Source: a virus
Lineage: Duplodnaviria; Caudoviricetes
Length of the DNA: 39,971 bases
Reading direction: 5' to 3' (one strand)
IMG/VR virus record: IMGVR_UViG_3300049927_000070
Coordinates: 1 to 39,971 of that record
This document shows positions 27,717 through 36,258 of the stretch, one piece after another. The position numbers were made by a program, and so were the translations under genes. Under the pieces are notes generated by a model, which did no database searches, had not been told where the DNA came from, and saw only the letters and a program-made list of their open reading frames with translations. Numbering within the stretch: position 1 is the first letter of the stretch; every line of letters begins with the position of its first letter.

Positions 27717-28185
27717 TCGGCGCTTCCTTCATGAGGCCTTCGTAAAAGCTCTCGTCGTCTTCGTCCTCAAGGGACCATTCACTCTGTAGTCCCCACGCCC
27801 GGTCACGCGGCCCGGTCTCTTCCGTAGGCCCGTCGTCAACCGCCAGCATCTTGACCCACACACCCATGGTTGCGGAGTGCCATGTCTCTCCACGCGCAGC
27901 CGTCAGGGCCGTCTTGAAGTTATCGTAGTTCAGGTAGTTCAGTACCTCGAATTGCAGGAACAGAACGAACGTGGCCTTGCTGACCGTCACGCGCCAGCGA
28001 TAGTCGCCGGGTACTGTCACAATCTCCGGACGATCAAACACCTCGCCGTTTGCATTTCCTGCAAGCTCGATACCCTCAAGCATTGTTTCCAAGCTCTGAC
28101 GGTCACGCGCTCGGACCATGACCAGATCCTCATTGTCCCGGTGCTGCACGGCGGACACAAAGCCGCCACTCGTAAATACCCACAT
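27709..28185 (-). CDS. Conserved hypothetical protein
   Basis: MWVFTSGGFVSAV...VRAR...DYRWR...YDNFK; AAGGAG SD. Confidence 0.75.
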   Translation of the reverse strand: MWVFTSGGFVSAVQHRDNEDLVMVRARDRQSLETMLEGIELAGNANGEVFDRPEIVTVPGDYRWRVTVSKATFVLFLQFEVLNYLNYDNFKTALTAARGETWHSATMGVWVKMLAVDDGPTEETGPRDRAWGLQSEWSLEDEDDESFYEGLMKEAPNE

Positions 28186-28306
28186 ATCAATCTCCTTTGT
28201 CGTTGGTAGATCCTTCGATCTCTCCTTTAAGCATACCACTTAACCTACACAATGTCCACCCCTACAAAAACAAAAGCCACCCGAAGGTGGCCGTTGTCAA
28301 GGTGTC

Positions 28307-28714
28307 TTAGCCTTTGGCGGGAGTCTCCACCGATACAGGGGCAGCAGACACAGCAGCGGAGTCCGACGTCACGACGTCAGCAGTAGGGGCAACAGCGTCC
28401 GTCACAGCGGCACCAGAGCCTTTAGGCGCTACGCCGATGTTAGCCTCGACGTTAGTGGCCAGAGACTTCAAGAGCGTATTATACACAGCTTGCTGGAGTC
28501 CGTAGACAATCGGGAACGCATAGGCCAGATTAGTCCAGTCGGAGATGCCCCCGGTCATAACCTCATACACTACAGCGATTGCAAGACTTACAATCATTGC
28601 AATCGAGTTCTTCGTACGGGAAGACATAGCCGAGTGTGTGAAGACAGACGTGAGCAGCGGAGAAGCGACGACTACCAGAGCCGTCACAACATTAAGCAAT
28701 ACAGTTGTGTCCAT
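28307..28714 (-). CDS. Holin-like membrane protein
   Basis: Three predicted TM helices and a polar tail; followed by a terminator at 28266-28292. Confidence 0.6.
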   Translation of the reverse strand: MDTTVLLNVVTALVVVASPLLTSVFTHSAMSSRTKNSIAMIVSLAIAVVYEVMTGGISDWTNLAYAFPIVYGLQQAVYNTLLKSLATNVEANIGVAPKGSGAAVTDAVAPTADVVTSDSAAVSAAPVSVETPAKG

Positions 28715-28722
28715 AACTTTCC

Positions 28723-29046
28723 TTAGGGTTTTACGATACTTGTTAGAGCGGTGGCTTCATTCGGAACGGTCGCGGCCTTGGTAGGGTCAGCTGTAATCTG
28801 GGCAGCTGCTCCGCAAGCCTCGACATGGTCCTTGTAAAAATTGTAAGTTTTGCAAGCATCCGCCAGAGCCGGGGCGATCGTCGCCGAGTTGTTCACCGCG
28901 ACGTCGGCCTGTTGAGTCGAGCTAGCTATCTGGGCTACAGATCCCAATCCACCAAACAAGAGCAAGGCAAAGGCAAAGTACAAAAGCTTTGTCCGCTTGA
29001 CCATTAGAGCCGTACCCAAGGCCTCAAGTTCACTGTGAATACCCAT
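28723..29046 (-). CDS. Single-TM membrane protein with a Cys pair
   Basis: One TM helix, then C-x11-C. Confidence 0.65.
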   Translation of the reverse strand: MGIHSELEALGTALMVKRTKLLYFAFALLLFGGLGSVAQIASSTQQADVAVNNSATIAPALADACKTYNFYKDHVEACGAAAQITADPTKAATVPNEATALTSIVKP

Positions 29047-29048
29047 AG

Positions 29049-29399
29049 CTAGTCCGATTCTTTCGACCGTTTGATTTTGCGAAGCTGATCGAGCAAGTCC
29101 TCAGCGCGCCTAGATTCATTATACGCTTTGTCTTCTAGACCTCTGTTGGCTGCACGGAAGCGATCAAACTCTTCCTCTTTTTCGTCGAGCTCTGCCTGTA
29201 GCGCATCAATGCGAGTCTGCAAGGCCTCTTTGTCTTTTTGCAATCTTTGCAACGACGAAACAAGCTCACTACGTAGTCCGGCCTCAGACCTACGCAGATA
29301 GTAAAAGAGCATCAGCACACCGCCCAAAAGCGACGTCGGATATCCCGCCGGACCAACGGCGGAGAGAAAAGCGCTGACCCCCTCAAACACCTTATCCAC
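29049..29399 (-). CDS. TM plus coiled-coil protein
   Basis: GTG start after a GAGGGGGTGAGG SD-like stretch; hydrophobic N-terminus and long heptad region. Confidence 0.65.
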   Translation of the reverse strand: MDKVFEGVSAFLSAVGPAGYPTSLLGGVLMLFYYLRRSEAGLRSELVSSLQRLQKDKEALQTRIDALQAELDEKEEEFDRFRAANRGLEDKAYNESRRAEDLLDQLRKIKRSKESD

Positions 29400-29588
29400 A
29401 GCCTCACCCCCTCTGAAACAAAAATAGCCGTCGACATGATTTGTCGGACGGCGTAATTGAAAGTATATCAGAAAAAGCGAGAGACCTGCGTCACAATGAG
29501 AAAAGCTGAACGGGGATTCGATCACCCGTTCAGCCCTCTTTGTTGGTTTATGTAATTATGATAGCAGCATATACAGCCGCCAGACAAG

Positions 29589-29771
29589 CTACGGCGTGAT
29601 CAAACTTGCCAGCAGCCCCAAAACCAAGGCCACTCCGATTAGTGAAAGCTGACCCTGTGTCGTGTCAATCCAGCGATTGAGCTTCGACAGAGTTTCCTGA
29701 ACCCGTGTCTGCACCGCTCCCAGACGTTCCGCGTTATCCCGCTTGCGATTCCTGCCAGCTGCGTTGCTCAT
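29589..29771 (-). CDS. Small protein with C-terminal TM helix
   Basis: AAAGGAG SD and conserved leader. Confidence 0.65.
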   Translation of the reverse strand: MSNAAGRNRKRDNAERLGAVQTRVQETLSKLNRWIDTTQGQLSLIGVALVLGLLASLITP

Positions 29772-29822
29772 GTCATTCTCCTTTGTTGGTACTCTAAGTA
29801 TACACACCCAGAGCCGGCATGT

Positions 29823-30158
29823 CTAGTCCGTTGTTTGTGCTGCGATGATGTAATCATAATCAGCAGCGGTCATTGCCGCCTTGAAGTAGCCGCGCACAAT
29901 CTTGCCATACTCCACACCCTCACGGTCAAAGAAGACTGTGAAGAGTGCGGCCTCTAGCATGTCAAGCTGTGCCGACGACGTGGACAGATCCATTGCCTCG
30001 TTGGGCCGGATGGCACTCGGTACGCCTCCGACGGCGAGCCGTTCCTCGTTGAGCTTCATGTCGGATTGAATCCGCTCACAAGCTGTGCGGTAAACTCTCG
30101 CAGCCCTTGCGACCAGATTCAAGAAATGCGCTTGCTCTTTGGTGATCGGCAGTTCCAT
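29823..30158 (-). CDS. Hypothetical protein
   Basis: AAAGGAG SD. Confidence 0.7.
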   Translation of the reverse strand: MELPITKEQAHFLNLVARAARVYRTACERIQSDMKLNEERLAVGGVPSAIRPNEAMDLSTSSAQLDMLEAALFTVFFDREGVEYGKIVRGYFKAAMTAADYDYIIAAQTTD

Positions 30159-30256
30159 GACGTCTCCTTTGTGATTGGTAGTACTAGTCGTGTAGGCTCA
30201 AAGAGCAGCCCGGATCATTGTCCCCCATGATGGTCCGGGCTGCACCTTTGCAATTT

Positions 30257-30559
30257 TTACAAGAGCACCTTCGAGTGCTCCACCCCGTGTCTCGTCAGGA
30301 ATGACTTGATCGGGACCAGTGCCGACTTGAGGTCAGCCTCGGTGCAGTCCTCGGAGTAGCGTGCCGACCGGTCAGCCCAGTAGAGCAACTCCATCAGCTT
30401 TTTAGCGGCCTTAGACGGCTTCTGCCAGTACGGCCAGCCGTCCGAGTTCTCGTTGGTCCAGTTCTTGAGACGGTACAGAATCTGTGCGCCGCGTTCCAAG
30501 TTCGTTCCCTCAGGGGTCCGGTTCAACGCGTCTTCGATGTCATACTCATTCATCCACAT
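30257..30559 (-). CDS. Hypothetical early protein
   Basis: MWMNEYDIE...WTNENSDGWPYWQKPSKAA...PIKSFLTR; own promoter at 30591-30620. Confidence 0.75.
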   Translation of the reverse strand: MWMNEYDIEDALNRTPEGTNLERGAQILYRLKNWTNENSDGWPYWQKPSKAAKKLMELLYWADRSARYSEDCTEADLKSALVPIKSFLTRHGVEHSKVLL

Positions 30560-30600
30560 GGTCTGTGTCCTTTGCTTTGTTGGTACTCTAAGCATAAGGC

Positions 30601-30801
30601 CTAAGGTATAACGTTGTCAAGTCTTTTCTTGGGCGCGATGTATGGCGTGAATTCCATGCCCCGGTCAGCCAACGCCCTCGACCCTGCATGCCCACACTCA
30701 CAAGCGCAGTCCCGCGTCGCAAAGTGTTCCGGACACTTGTCGTGCTCTTCTGTGTTCCACTCCGTCACGGGCAGCTTCATACACCAGCCAGACCTATCCA
30801 C
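30601..30801 (-). CDS. Small Cys-rich protein
   Basis: SGWC...HDKC...CACECGH. Confidence 0.6.
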   Translation of the reverse strand: MDRSGWCMKLPVTEWNTEEHDKCPEHFATRDCACECGHAGSRALADRGMEFTPYIAPKKRLDNVIP

Positions 30802-30803
30802 GC

Positions 30804-31001
30804 CTAGTCATCCGACTCGACTGTGACTACGTCGGGCAAACGCATAATCCCGCCGTCAGGTTCAGTGTTGATGGCCCACCCGTCGCCATACTCAAACGGG
30901 TCACCCGTTGCCGTAACCGTCTTGCCGGGGGCCAGAACGATACGTTCGCCCTTCATAAGCTCACTTGCCGGGACTTTATGGTTATACATGGTCTGCTCCA
31001 T
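30804..31001 (-). CDS. Hypothetical protein
   Basis: VPASELMKGERI, SH3-like start. Confidence 0.6.
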   Translation of the reverse strand: MEQTMYNHKVPASELMKGERIVLAPGKTVTATGDPFEYGDGWAINTEPDGGIMRLPDVVTVESDD

Positions 31002-31052
31002 TCTTCAGCAAAAGCCCCTTGCAAACTTTACAAGGGGCCGTTGCGATTGTGT

Positions 31053-31340
31053 CTAGCCCTCGATTGCCGAGGGCAGTTCGCTGATGTTCTTCATGTGCTC
31101 CAAGACTTCCAGCGGAGTAAGCCAGCCGATAACGCCGCCGTCAGTCTCTCCGATCAAGCCCAGATCAAGCTCGCCCTGCGTCCGACCCGCAATCTCGAAG
31201 AGTCCCCGTGACCCTCCGTAAGAGTACTGGTGTCGGATGATGCTGATCCCGTGGCCGTTAGGAAAGTCCACCTTCTCGTCATGGTCACCCGTCGCGAGTA
31301 AGTCCGTTGCAACTTTTGCAATCTCGTGCGCTTCCATCAT
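31053..31340 (-). CDS. Hypothetical protein
   Basis: FPNGHGISII...SYGGSRGLFEIA...VIGWLT motif. Confidence 0.7.
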   Translation of the reverse strand: MMEAHEIAKVATDLLATGDHDEKVDFPNGHGISIIRHQYSYGGSRGLFEIAGRTQGELDLGLIGETDGGVIGWLTPLEVLEHMKNISELPSAIEG

Positions 31341-31585
31341 GCTCCTAAGCAAACGTCGTGGTTGTGCTCTACCAGCCGGTGACCATACTCCCGGTCTGTC
31401 CCGCGATCCATATAGCCGTCTTCCCATGCGTCATAGCGGAAGTCACCGCCGCTGAACGGGTTACCGTCAAGCCCTTGGTGATTCGGGATATCCAGATTGT
31501 CCGAGTAGTTCCAGCCCCGTTTGTATGCCCCGCGAAACTTGGCGCGGTCTGTTTTATCTACTTGCCAAAAATGTACGATAGCCAT
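31337..31585 (-). CDS. Hypothetical protein
   Basis: GAAGGAG SD; AYKRGW...AWEDGYMD. Confidence 0.7.
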   Translation of the reverse strand: MAIVHFWQVDKTDRAKFRGAYKRGWNYSDNLDIPNHQGLDGNPFSGGDFRYDAWEDGYMDRGTDREYGHRLVEHNHDVCLGA

Positions 31586-31723
31586 GGGAAACTCCTTCGT
31601 TGCTGGTAATAACAGCATATCACCTTGTCTAGCTGTGTGCAAGTACTTGACAAGTGTGGACCCCAAAAACTCTAGGCCCCGAGACAAAGCAAAACGGAGG
31701 CCCGAAGGCCCCCGTTGCAATTT

Positions 31724-32068
31724 TTACAGGGACTCCCAGATCACCTTGCCCTTTGAGTCCTTCTTGCCGTAGTCATACTGGAGTTCGGTGCAACCGGCGT
31801 TAGGGGTCCCGAAATTATCCAGCGGGGCAAACTCCGGTTCGGCGTAGTAGCCCTTGTCAGCATCCGACTCTTCGAGCCTGCGCCCGTAGTAATAGATTTC
31901 ACCGTCGTCATCCAACATCCGGAACCGGGTACCTTCACCGGCCTTGAGGCGCTTCACGTCATTCTCGGAGGCCGTGTGCGGCCCCCACAGACCCTTGGCA
32001 TTGCCATTGGTCCCCTCGGTTGAGTCCGTGTCAGCGATCTTGTCTTTGGTGATGATCCACGCGGTCAT
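31724..32068 (-). CDS. Hypothetical protein
   Basis: AWIITKD...FRMLDDDGEIYYYG...PLDNFGTPNAGCT; GAAGGAG SD. Confidence 0.75.
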   Translation of the reverse strand: MTAWIITKDKIADTDSTEGTNGNAKGLWGPHTASENDVKRLKAGEGTRFRMLDDDGEIYYYGRRLEESDADKGYYAEPEFAPLDNFGTPNAGCTELQYDYGKKDSKGKVIWESL

Positions 32069-32175
32069 GATGACTCCTTCGTAAGTCTCTCAGCCCCTTG
32101 CTGATGCCTCTACTTTACATGGGTATATGCTGCCGCGCAACCCCGAAAGACGATATTCTTTTATTTCTTTTGCCC

Positions 32176-32351
32176 TTGACAAGTGTGTATCTTAGACCTT
32201 AGAATTGAGGTATGAAGCGGACGTGGCTGGGTCACCGGAGGACCCCAAAAATAATCGCCCCCGTTTTATGGCTCCTCTCGTTTCCCTGCTTGTCCCTCGG
32301 GGGACCTCCGCTTCATACTTCAATTTTCGCATAAACATATACACGTGTCAA
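32176..32351. promoter_or_regulatory. Convergent promoter pair with a 19-bp inverted repeat
   Basis: Plus strand TTGACA-N18-TAGAAT (32176-32205); minus strand TTGACA at 32346-32351; inverted repeat at 32203-32221 / 32307-32325. Confidence 0.6.
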
Positions 32352-32420
32352 GCCCCGGCCAAAAGTTTCTTTGACCGGGGCCGATTGTAATTCTTGCAAC
32401 TAGAACATGACGTCGTGCAT

Positions 32421-32912
32421 CTAGCGCATCTTGAGTTTTGTCGGCTTTGGCGGTTTAGCGAAAGCATACTGTGTCGCTTGTGAGACCGTCAGGATCAACG
32501 GCTTGGCCGTCGTCGCCTTAGTCGTCTTGGACTTCGACGGCTGCTTTATTTTTGCCGACTGCTGCTTCGCTTGCTTGGGTTGCTTGGGCTGTTTGAGAGC
32601 TTTCGTTTTTGCAACTTTTGCAATGGTGACCCCGGCTTTGAGCAGGACCGTGGAGCTATGCACCGGGACATTCTGTGTTGTGTCCGTTGCCTTAGCCCGC
32701 GCGGTATCCTTGAATCCGCCGTGGAGCAATTGGTATAGGTCACCCTTACCTGATGCAGGTGGCTTGATCTTGTGGTGACTAGGGGACGGCTCTACGGGCG
32801 CACCAGTCAGGCTGTAGCTCTGGTCCTCCGGTACCGGTTCAGCGGCCAGAGCCGGGGCAGCTACGCCGCTAAGCGCTAGCGTCACTGCTGCTATTGCAGC
32901 GAGCCGCCTCAA
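32421..32912 (-). CDS. Secreted Lys-rich protein
   Basis: Signal peptide ending ALA-A; K/Q/A/P-rich tail. Confidence 0.7.
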   Translation of the reverse strand: MRRLAAIAAVTLALSGVAAPALAAEPVPEDQSYSLTGAPVEPSPSHHKIKPPASGKGDLYQLLHGGFKDTARAKATDTTQNVPVHSSTVLLKAGVTIAKVAKTKALKQPKQPKQAKQQSAKIKQPSKSKTTKATTAKPLILTVSQATQYAFAKPPKPTKLKMR

Positions 32913-33304
32913 CCGTTCACCGCCGTATCTGCGGCATCCGTCACCGTGGAGTCCACCGGGTTACCGGGCACCACCACAAAGACGTGGTAAGTGTTTTCGT
33001 ACTTGTCGGAGGGCACCACGGCATAACCGTCGCCCCACTCCGGTGCAGTGTCATAAGTCCCGTAGTACGTCGCCGTAAAGGCATCCTTGACATCCTGCTC
33101 CGGCATATCCTTCACCGTGGACTTGAAGGTCTCATAGGCATCCTTCGCCCAGAAGTCGGCGTAGGCCGTCTTGCACGTCGAGTCCTTCGACGGATCGCAG
33201 TCCGATGCAACAATGTCCGAACTACTCGGAACGCTTGCCGCGACGGATACCCCGCCGATAGCGAGTGCAGCGGACAATACCGCGCTTGCAATATTTACAA
33301 TCAT
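32909..33304 (-). CDS. Exported protein (WAKDAY...YHVF family)
   Basis: Signal peptide; paralogous to 23767-24228. Confidence 0.75.
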   Translation of the reverse strand: MIVNIASAVLSAALAIGGVSVAASVPSSSDIVASDCDPSKDSTCKTAYADFWAKDAYETFKSTVKDMPEQDVKDAFTATYYGTYDTAPEWGDGYAVVPSDKYENTYHVFVVVPGNPVDSTVTDAADTAVNG

Positions 33305-33538
33305 TTAGATGTCCTCTTTCAGAATCATGGTTGCGAGTTGGTCAAGTTGGTTGCGGGACAGAGACAGAGTGTCAAGAAGTTCCCGCGCCGCCCTGAGTCC
33401 GTCGAGGTGTTCTCCGTAGCAAGCTTCGGATACCCGTCGAGCCTCATCTTCGTCCGGATATGAGACAAGCGCGTGGGGTAAGTCATCCGCTAACCATTGC
33501 TCAAGCGTAGGTACGTCCATTGCGTTTCCAAGTTCCAT
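33305..33538 (-). CDS. Hypothetical protein
   Basis: AAAGGAG SD before MELGNAMDV. Confidence 0.65.
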   Translation of the reverse strand: MELGNAMDVPTLEQWLADDLPHALVSYPDEDEARRVSEACYGEHLDGLRAARELLDTLSLSRNQLDQLATMILKEDI

Positions 33539-33563
33539 GACTACTCCTTTGTAAGTTTTACAA

Positions 33564-33836
33564 TTACGGCGCGCAGTCTTCGCAACGCCGGTCATAGCAT
33601 CCAGTGCACCATCCGTGTTCACGGCATCCGGCAACGGGCGTACCGTTAGGTACTTCGATAACCGTTCCGTCGCACTCCGCATCCGTACACGCGTTGCCGA
33701 TATCCGTCACGCTGTAATCATCGTCGCCACACGTGTCGCAGTCGTAGCGCGAGTCGCACTCACACTCGGGCGCATAGGACGGTTCCATGTTCTCCCATGC
33801 CCGTTGCGCGCTTGCGAATCCCGGAATGCTGTTCAT
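33564..33836 (-). CDS. Cys-rich Zn-binding protein
   Basis: CEC, CDTC, C..AEC, CREH, CTGC and CEDC; own promoter. Confidence 0.7.
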   Translation of the reverse strand: MNSIPGFASAQRAWENMEPSYAPECECDSRYDCDTCGDDDYSVTDIGNACTDAECDGTVIEVPNGTPVAGCREHGWCTGCYDRRCEDCAP

Positions 33837-33912
33837 GGTGACTCCTTCGTTGTTGGTAATACCAGTCTAGGGCCTAACATATATGTTTGTCAAGCCCTAG
33901 ACTAGACTAGTT

Positions 33913-34545
33913 CTACTCGCCAGCAAGGCCCTTGAGTCGTCGCCATACAGTCCACGTAACGGCTTGTAGCTGGCAGGGCGAGATATCCAGCCCGGTCTCA
34001 GTTTCAATCGTCTTAGCGGCCCGTACGTAGGCCCGTGCGAACTGGTCATAGACGCCCTTGCGAGACAGAGCCGTCCGTGACTTGTCGTTAGTGATCCGGC
34101 CTACCGCGATATCAAACGCGTGGCGGTCAATCACTACGGCAGAGCCGTCGTGCGGATCAGCGATAGCCTTGTAAAAATTGCAAACCTTGTTGCCGCCCAG
34201 CACGTCGAGCGGTTCAGAACCGGCCATGATCGCGTCCGCCTTGGCACAGTTGGCATACAGACCGCCCGATGCGTAGCCGTCCGCGTAGGCCCGTACAGCC
34301 ATGTTCACATTCTTACCCCACGTCTTCATGGGAGATAGCGCGGCGAGTACCCCGGCAGCTGCATGGGGCCGTTCCGGATCGAGGGCCACGGCCAGCTTGT
34401 GTGCGTCAAGGTACCAGTCCAAACCGTCTTGCAATTCTTGCAACGTCGCTTGACGGTAGACGTCAAGGATGCGCGCCGCGTTAGGCTTGGCTGCGTACAC
34501 TACGTTGCGCGGTTCGGTCAGGGTGTTGTCAAGGCGGAAGACCAT
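33913..34545 (-). CDS. Conserved phage protein, possibly HhH-GPD glycosylase-like fold
   Basis: GLDWY, GVLAALSP..W..N, GNKVCNFY, VVIDRHA and QLQAVTWTVWR motifs. Confidence 0.7.
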   Translation of the reverse strand: MVFRLDNTLTEPRNVVYAAKPNAARILDVYRQATLQELQDGLDWYLDAHKLAVALDPERPHAAAGVLAALSPMKTWGKNVNMAVRAYADGYASGGLYANCAKADAIMAGSEPLDVLGGNKVCNFYKAIADPHDGSAVVIDRHAFDIAVGRITNDKSRTALSRKGVYDQFARAYVRAAKTIETETGLDISPCQLQAVTWTVWRRLKGLAGE

Positions 34546-34729
34546 TGCAGTTCCTTTGTTCGTTGGTAGTTACTACTATACACGCTTGCCTAGTCTTTTG
34601 CAAACTGTATCAACATTACGTACAAACACATAGGCCCCGCCGCAGCTAGACGTTCGCTAGCTAAACGACGGGGCACAGATCCCTACGTTGCGTTGAGGGC
34701 AAACGCCGGGTGATCAAGCCGGAGTTCAA

Positions 34730-34927
34730 TTACTTGACGTTGACCACCTTGAGCCGGTTAGCGTAGCGCACGATCACCTTGAGGCCTAGGCGGTCCGCGT
34801 CTTGCTTGTTGGTGTAGCTGCCCGTGGAGGTCTCACGGAAGTCTTTGCCCTCGGCCCATGCCGCCTTGACTTCCTTCTGGTTCTTGTAGTCCCGGCCATA
34901 CGCGGGCTCAACTTCAATCCAAGTCAT
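34730..34927 (-). CDS. Hypothetical early protein
   Basis: PAYGRDYK..KEVKAAWAEGKDF; own promoter (TTGACA at about 34980-34985). Confidence 0.75.
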   Translation of the reverse strand: MTWIEVEPAYGRDYKNQKEVKAAWAEGKDFRETSTGSYTNKQDADRLGLKVIVRYANRLKVVNVK

Positions 34928-35000
34928 GGTAACTCCTTTGTTGTTGGTGTACTACAATTCTAAGCCTAGGGTATATGCTTGTCAAGCTCTACCCGTTCCA

Positions 35001-35405
35001 TTAGTTTTCTTCGACCCCGGCCCATTCCAAAAGCTGTACGTCTCCCGGCTCTATGAATTCTACGAGCGACTGCAATTCTGCTATCTCAGAGTAGCTGATC
35101 GTCTCGGCCTCAATTTGGCTGCGCAGGTACTTCAAGCGTTGCTGTACGTCAGTCGGCTGGACGGTTGCCCGTTGGATAAACTCGGGCATCTTGCCGTCGG
35201 CGTTGAGGCGCATGCTCACGGCCCGAACAGCTTCACCTAGGGTCAGTTCGTCATAGAACCGGCCAATCCAGTGGGTGACGGCCACAGAGTCGCCAGTCGC
35301 CATCTTTGCGCCCTCGGCCAATGCCTTGAGTCCGTCAAGGTATCCGAACACGTGGACGGTTTCGTCCGTCTCGGAGTGGACTGTAATCAAGTGTGCAGTG
35401 AACAT
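35001..35405 (-). CDS. Hypothetical early protein
   Basis: C-terminal RLKYLRSQIEAETISYSEIAELQSL...LLEWAGV; own promoter at 35433-35462. Confidence 0.75.
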   Translation of the reverse strand: MFTAHLITVHSETDETVHVFGYLDGLKALAEGAKMATGDSVAVTHWIGRFYDELTLGEAVRAVSMRLNADGKMPEFIQRATVQPTDVQQRLKYLRSQIEAETISYSEIAELQSLVEFIEPGDVQLLEWAGVEEN

Positions 35406-35462
35406 TTTGTGCCCTTCGTTGTTGGTACTCTAAGCATAAGGCCTAAGGTATATGCTTGTCAA

Positions 35463-35744
35463 CTACTCGACGGTGACGTGTGCAGCGTAGGACCAGTCTT
35501 CGCCGGTCTCCAGATTCATACGGGAGTCTTCCGCGTAGTAAGTCCAGTCACCATTGTCGACGACTGATCCAATTGCGTCTTCGATAAATTCCGCCGCGTC
35601 ATCGATGTTATCGAATTCGAAGGTGCGAACGTCTTCCGGCTCGCTCCGGAGTTCGAAAGAGTTCCAGTTGGGGTCCACCCACCCATTGAACGTCTCTTCC
35701 GTGTCGGGGTTGAAAACATCTGCGGTGAACTTGACCTTGACCAT
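35463..35744 (-). CDS. Acidic hypothetical early protein
   Basis: AGGAG SD before MVKVKF; D/E-rich. Confidence 0.7.
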   Translation of the reverse strand: MVKVKFTADVFNPDTEETFNGWVDPNWNSFELRSEPEDVRTFEFDNIDDAAEFIEDAIGSVVDNGDWTYYAEDSRMNLETGEDWSYAAHVTVE

Positions 35745-35807
35745 TGTGACTCCTAAGTTGTTGGTAGTACTAGTCTGGGGCATAAGATACAAGCTTGTCA
35801 AGCCCTA

Positions 35808-35942
35808 CTACAGAGCAAACACTTCATAGTAGACGTGCGAGCAATTGGTGTTGAGACGTTCGCAAGCTTGCTCTGCTTCCGGCTTAGTGGCGTACTTGAA
35901 GGTCAAAGATATGCGAGACGTGATGTGTACGAGACCAAACAT
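35808..35942 (-). CDS. 44-aa hypothetical protein
   Basis: GAAGGAG SD; MFGLVHITSRISLTFKYATKPEAEQACERLN... Confidence 0.55.
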   Translation of the reverse strand: MFGLVHITSRISLTFKYATKPEAEQACERLNTNCSHVYYEVFAL

Positions 35943-36258
35943 GGGAACCACTCCTTCGGAAGCTCAAGCTGCGTTGCTTGATACTTCTAGAATACATGTA
36001 TGTCTACAGATTAGCAATACCGTTTCAGAAAAAAGATTCTTTGGTTTTGGGGTTGACACGCGCTGTATATGCTGGCATGATTGAGGTATGAACAAAAACA
36101 AGGATCCGCCGGACGGGGACAAAGAGTAGGGGGTGAGCCCCTGACATCGGCCCTGACGCGGGGTCGGGGGGAAGGCCGAATCTGGGCTCCGCCCTAGGGG
36201 GGGGGCTGGCCGGGGAACGCGCCCTAGGCATCGCCCACAGCGCTGGCCGCGCGCCCTG

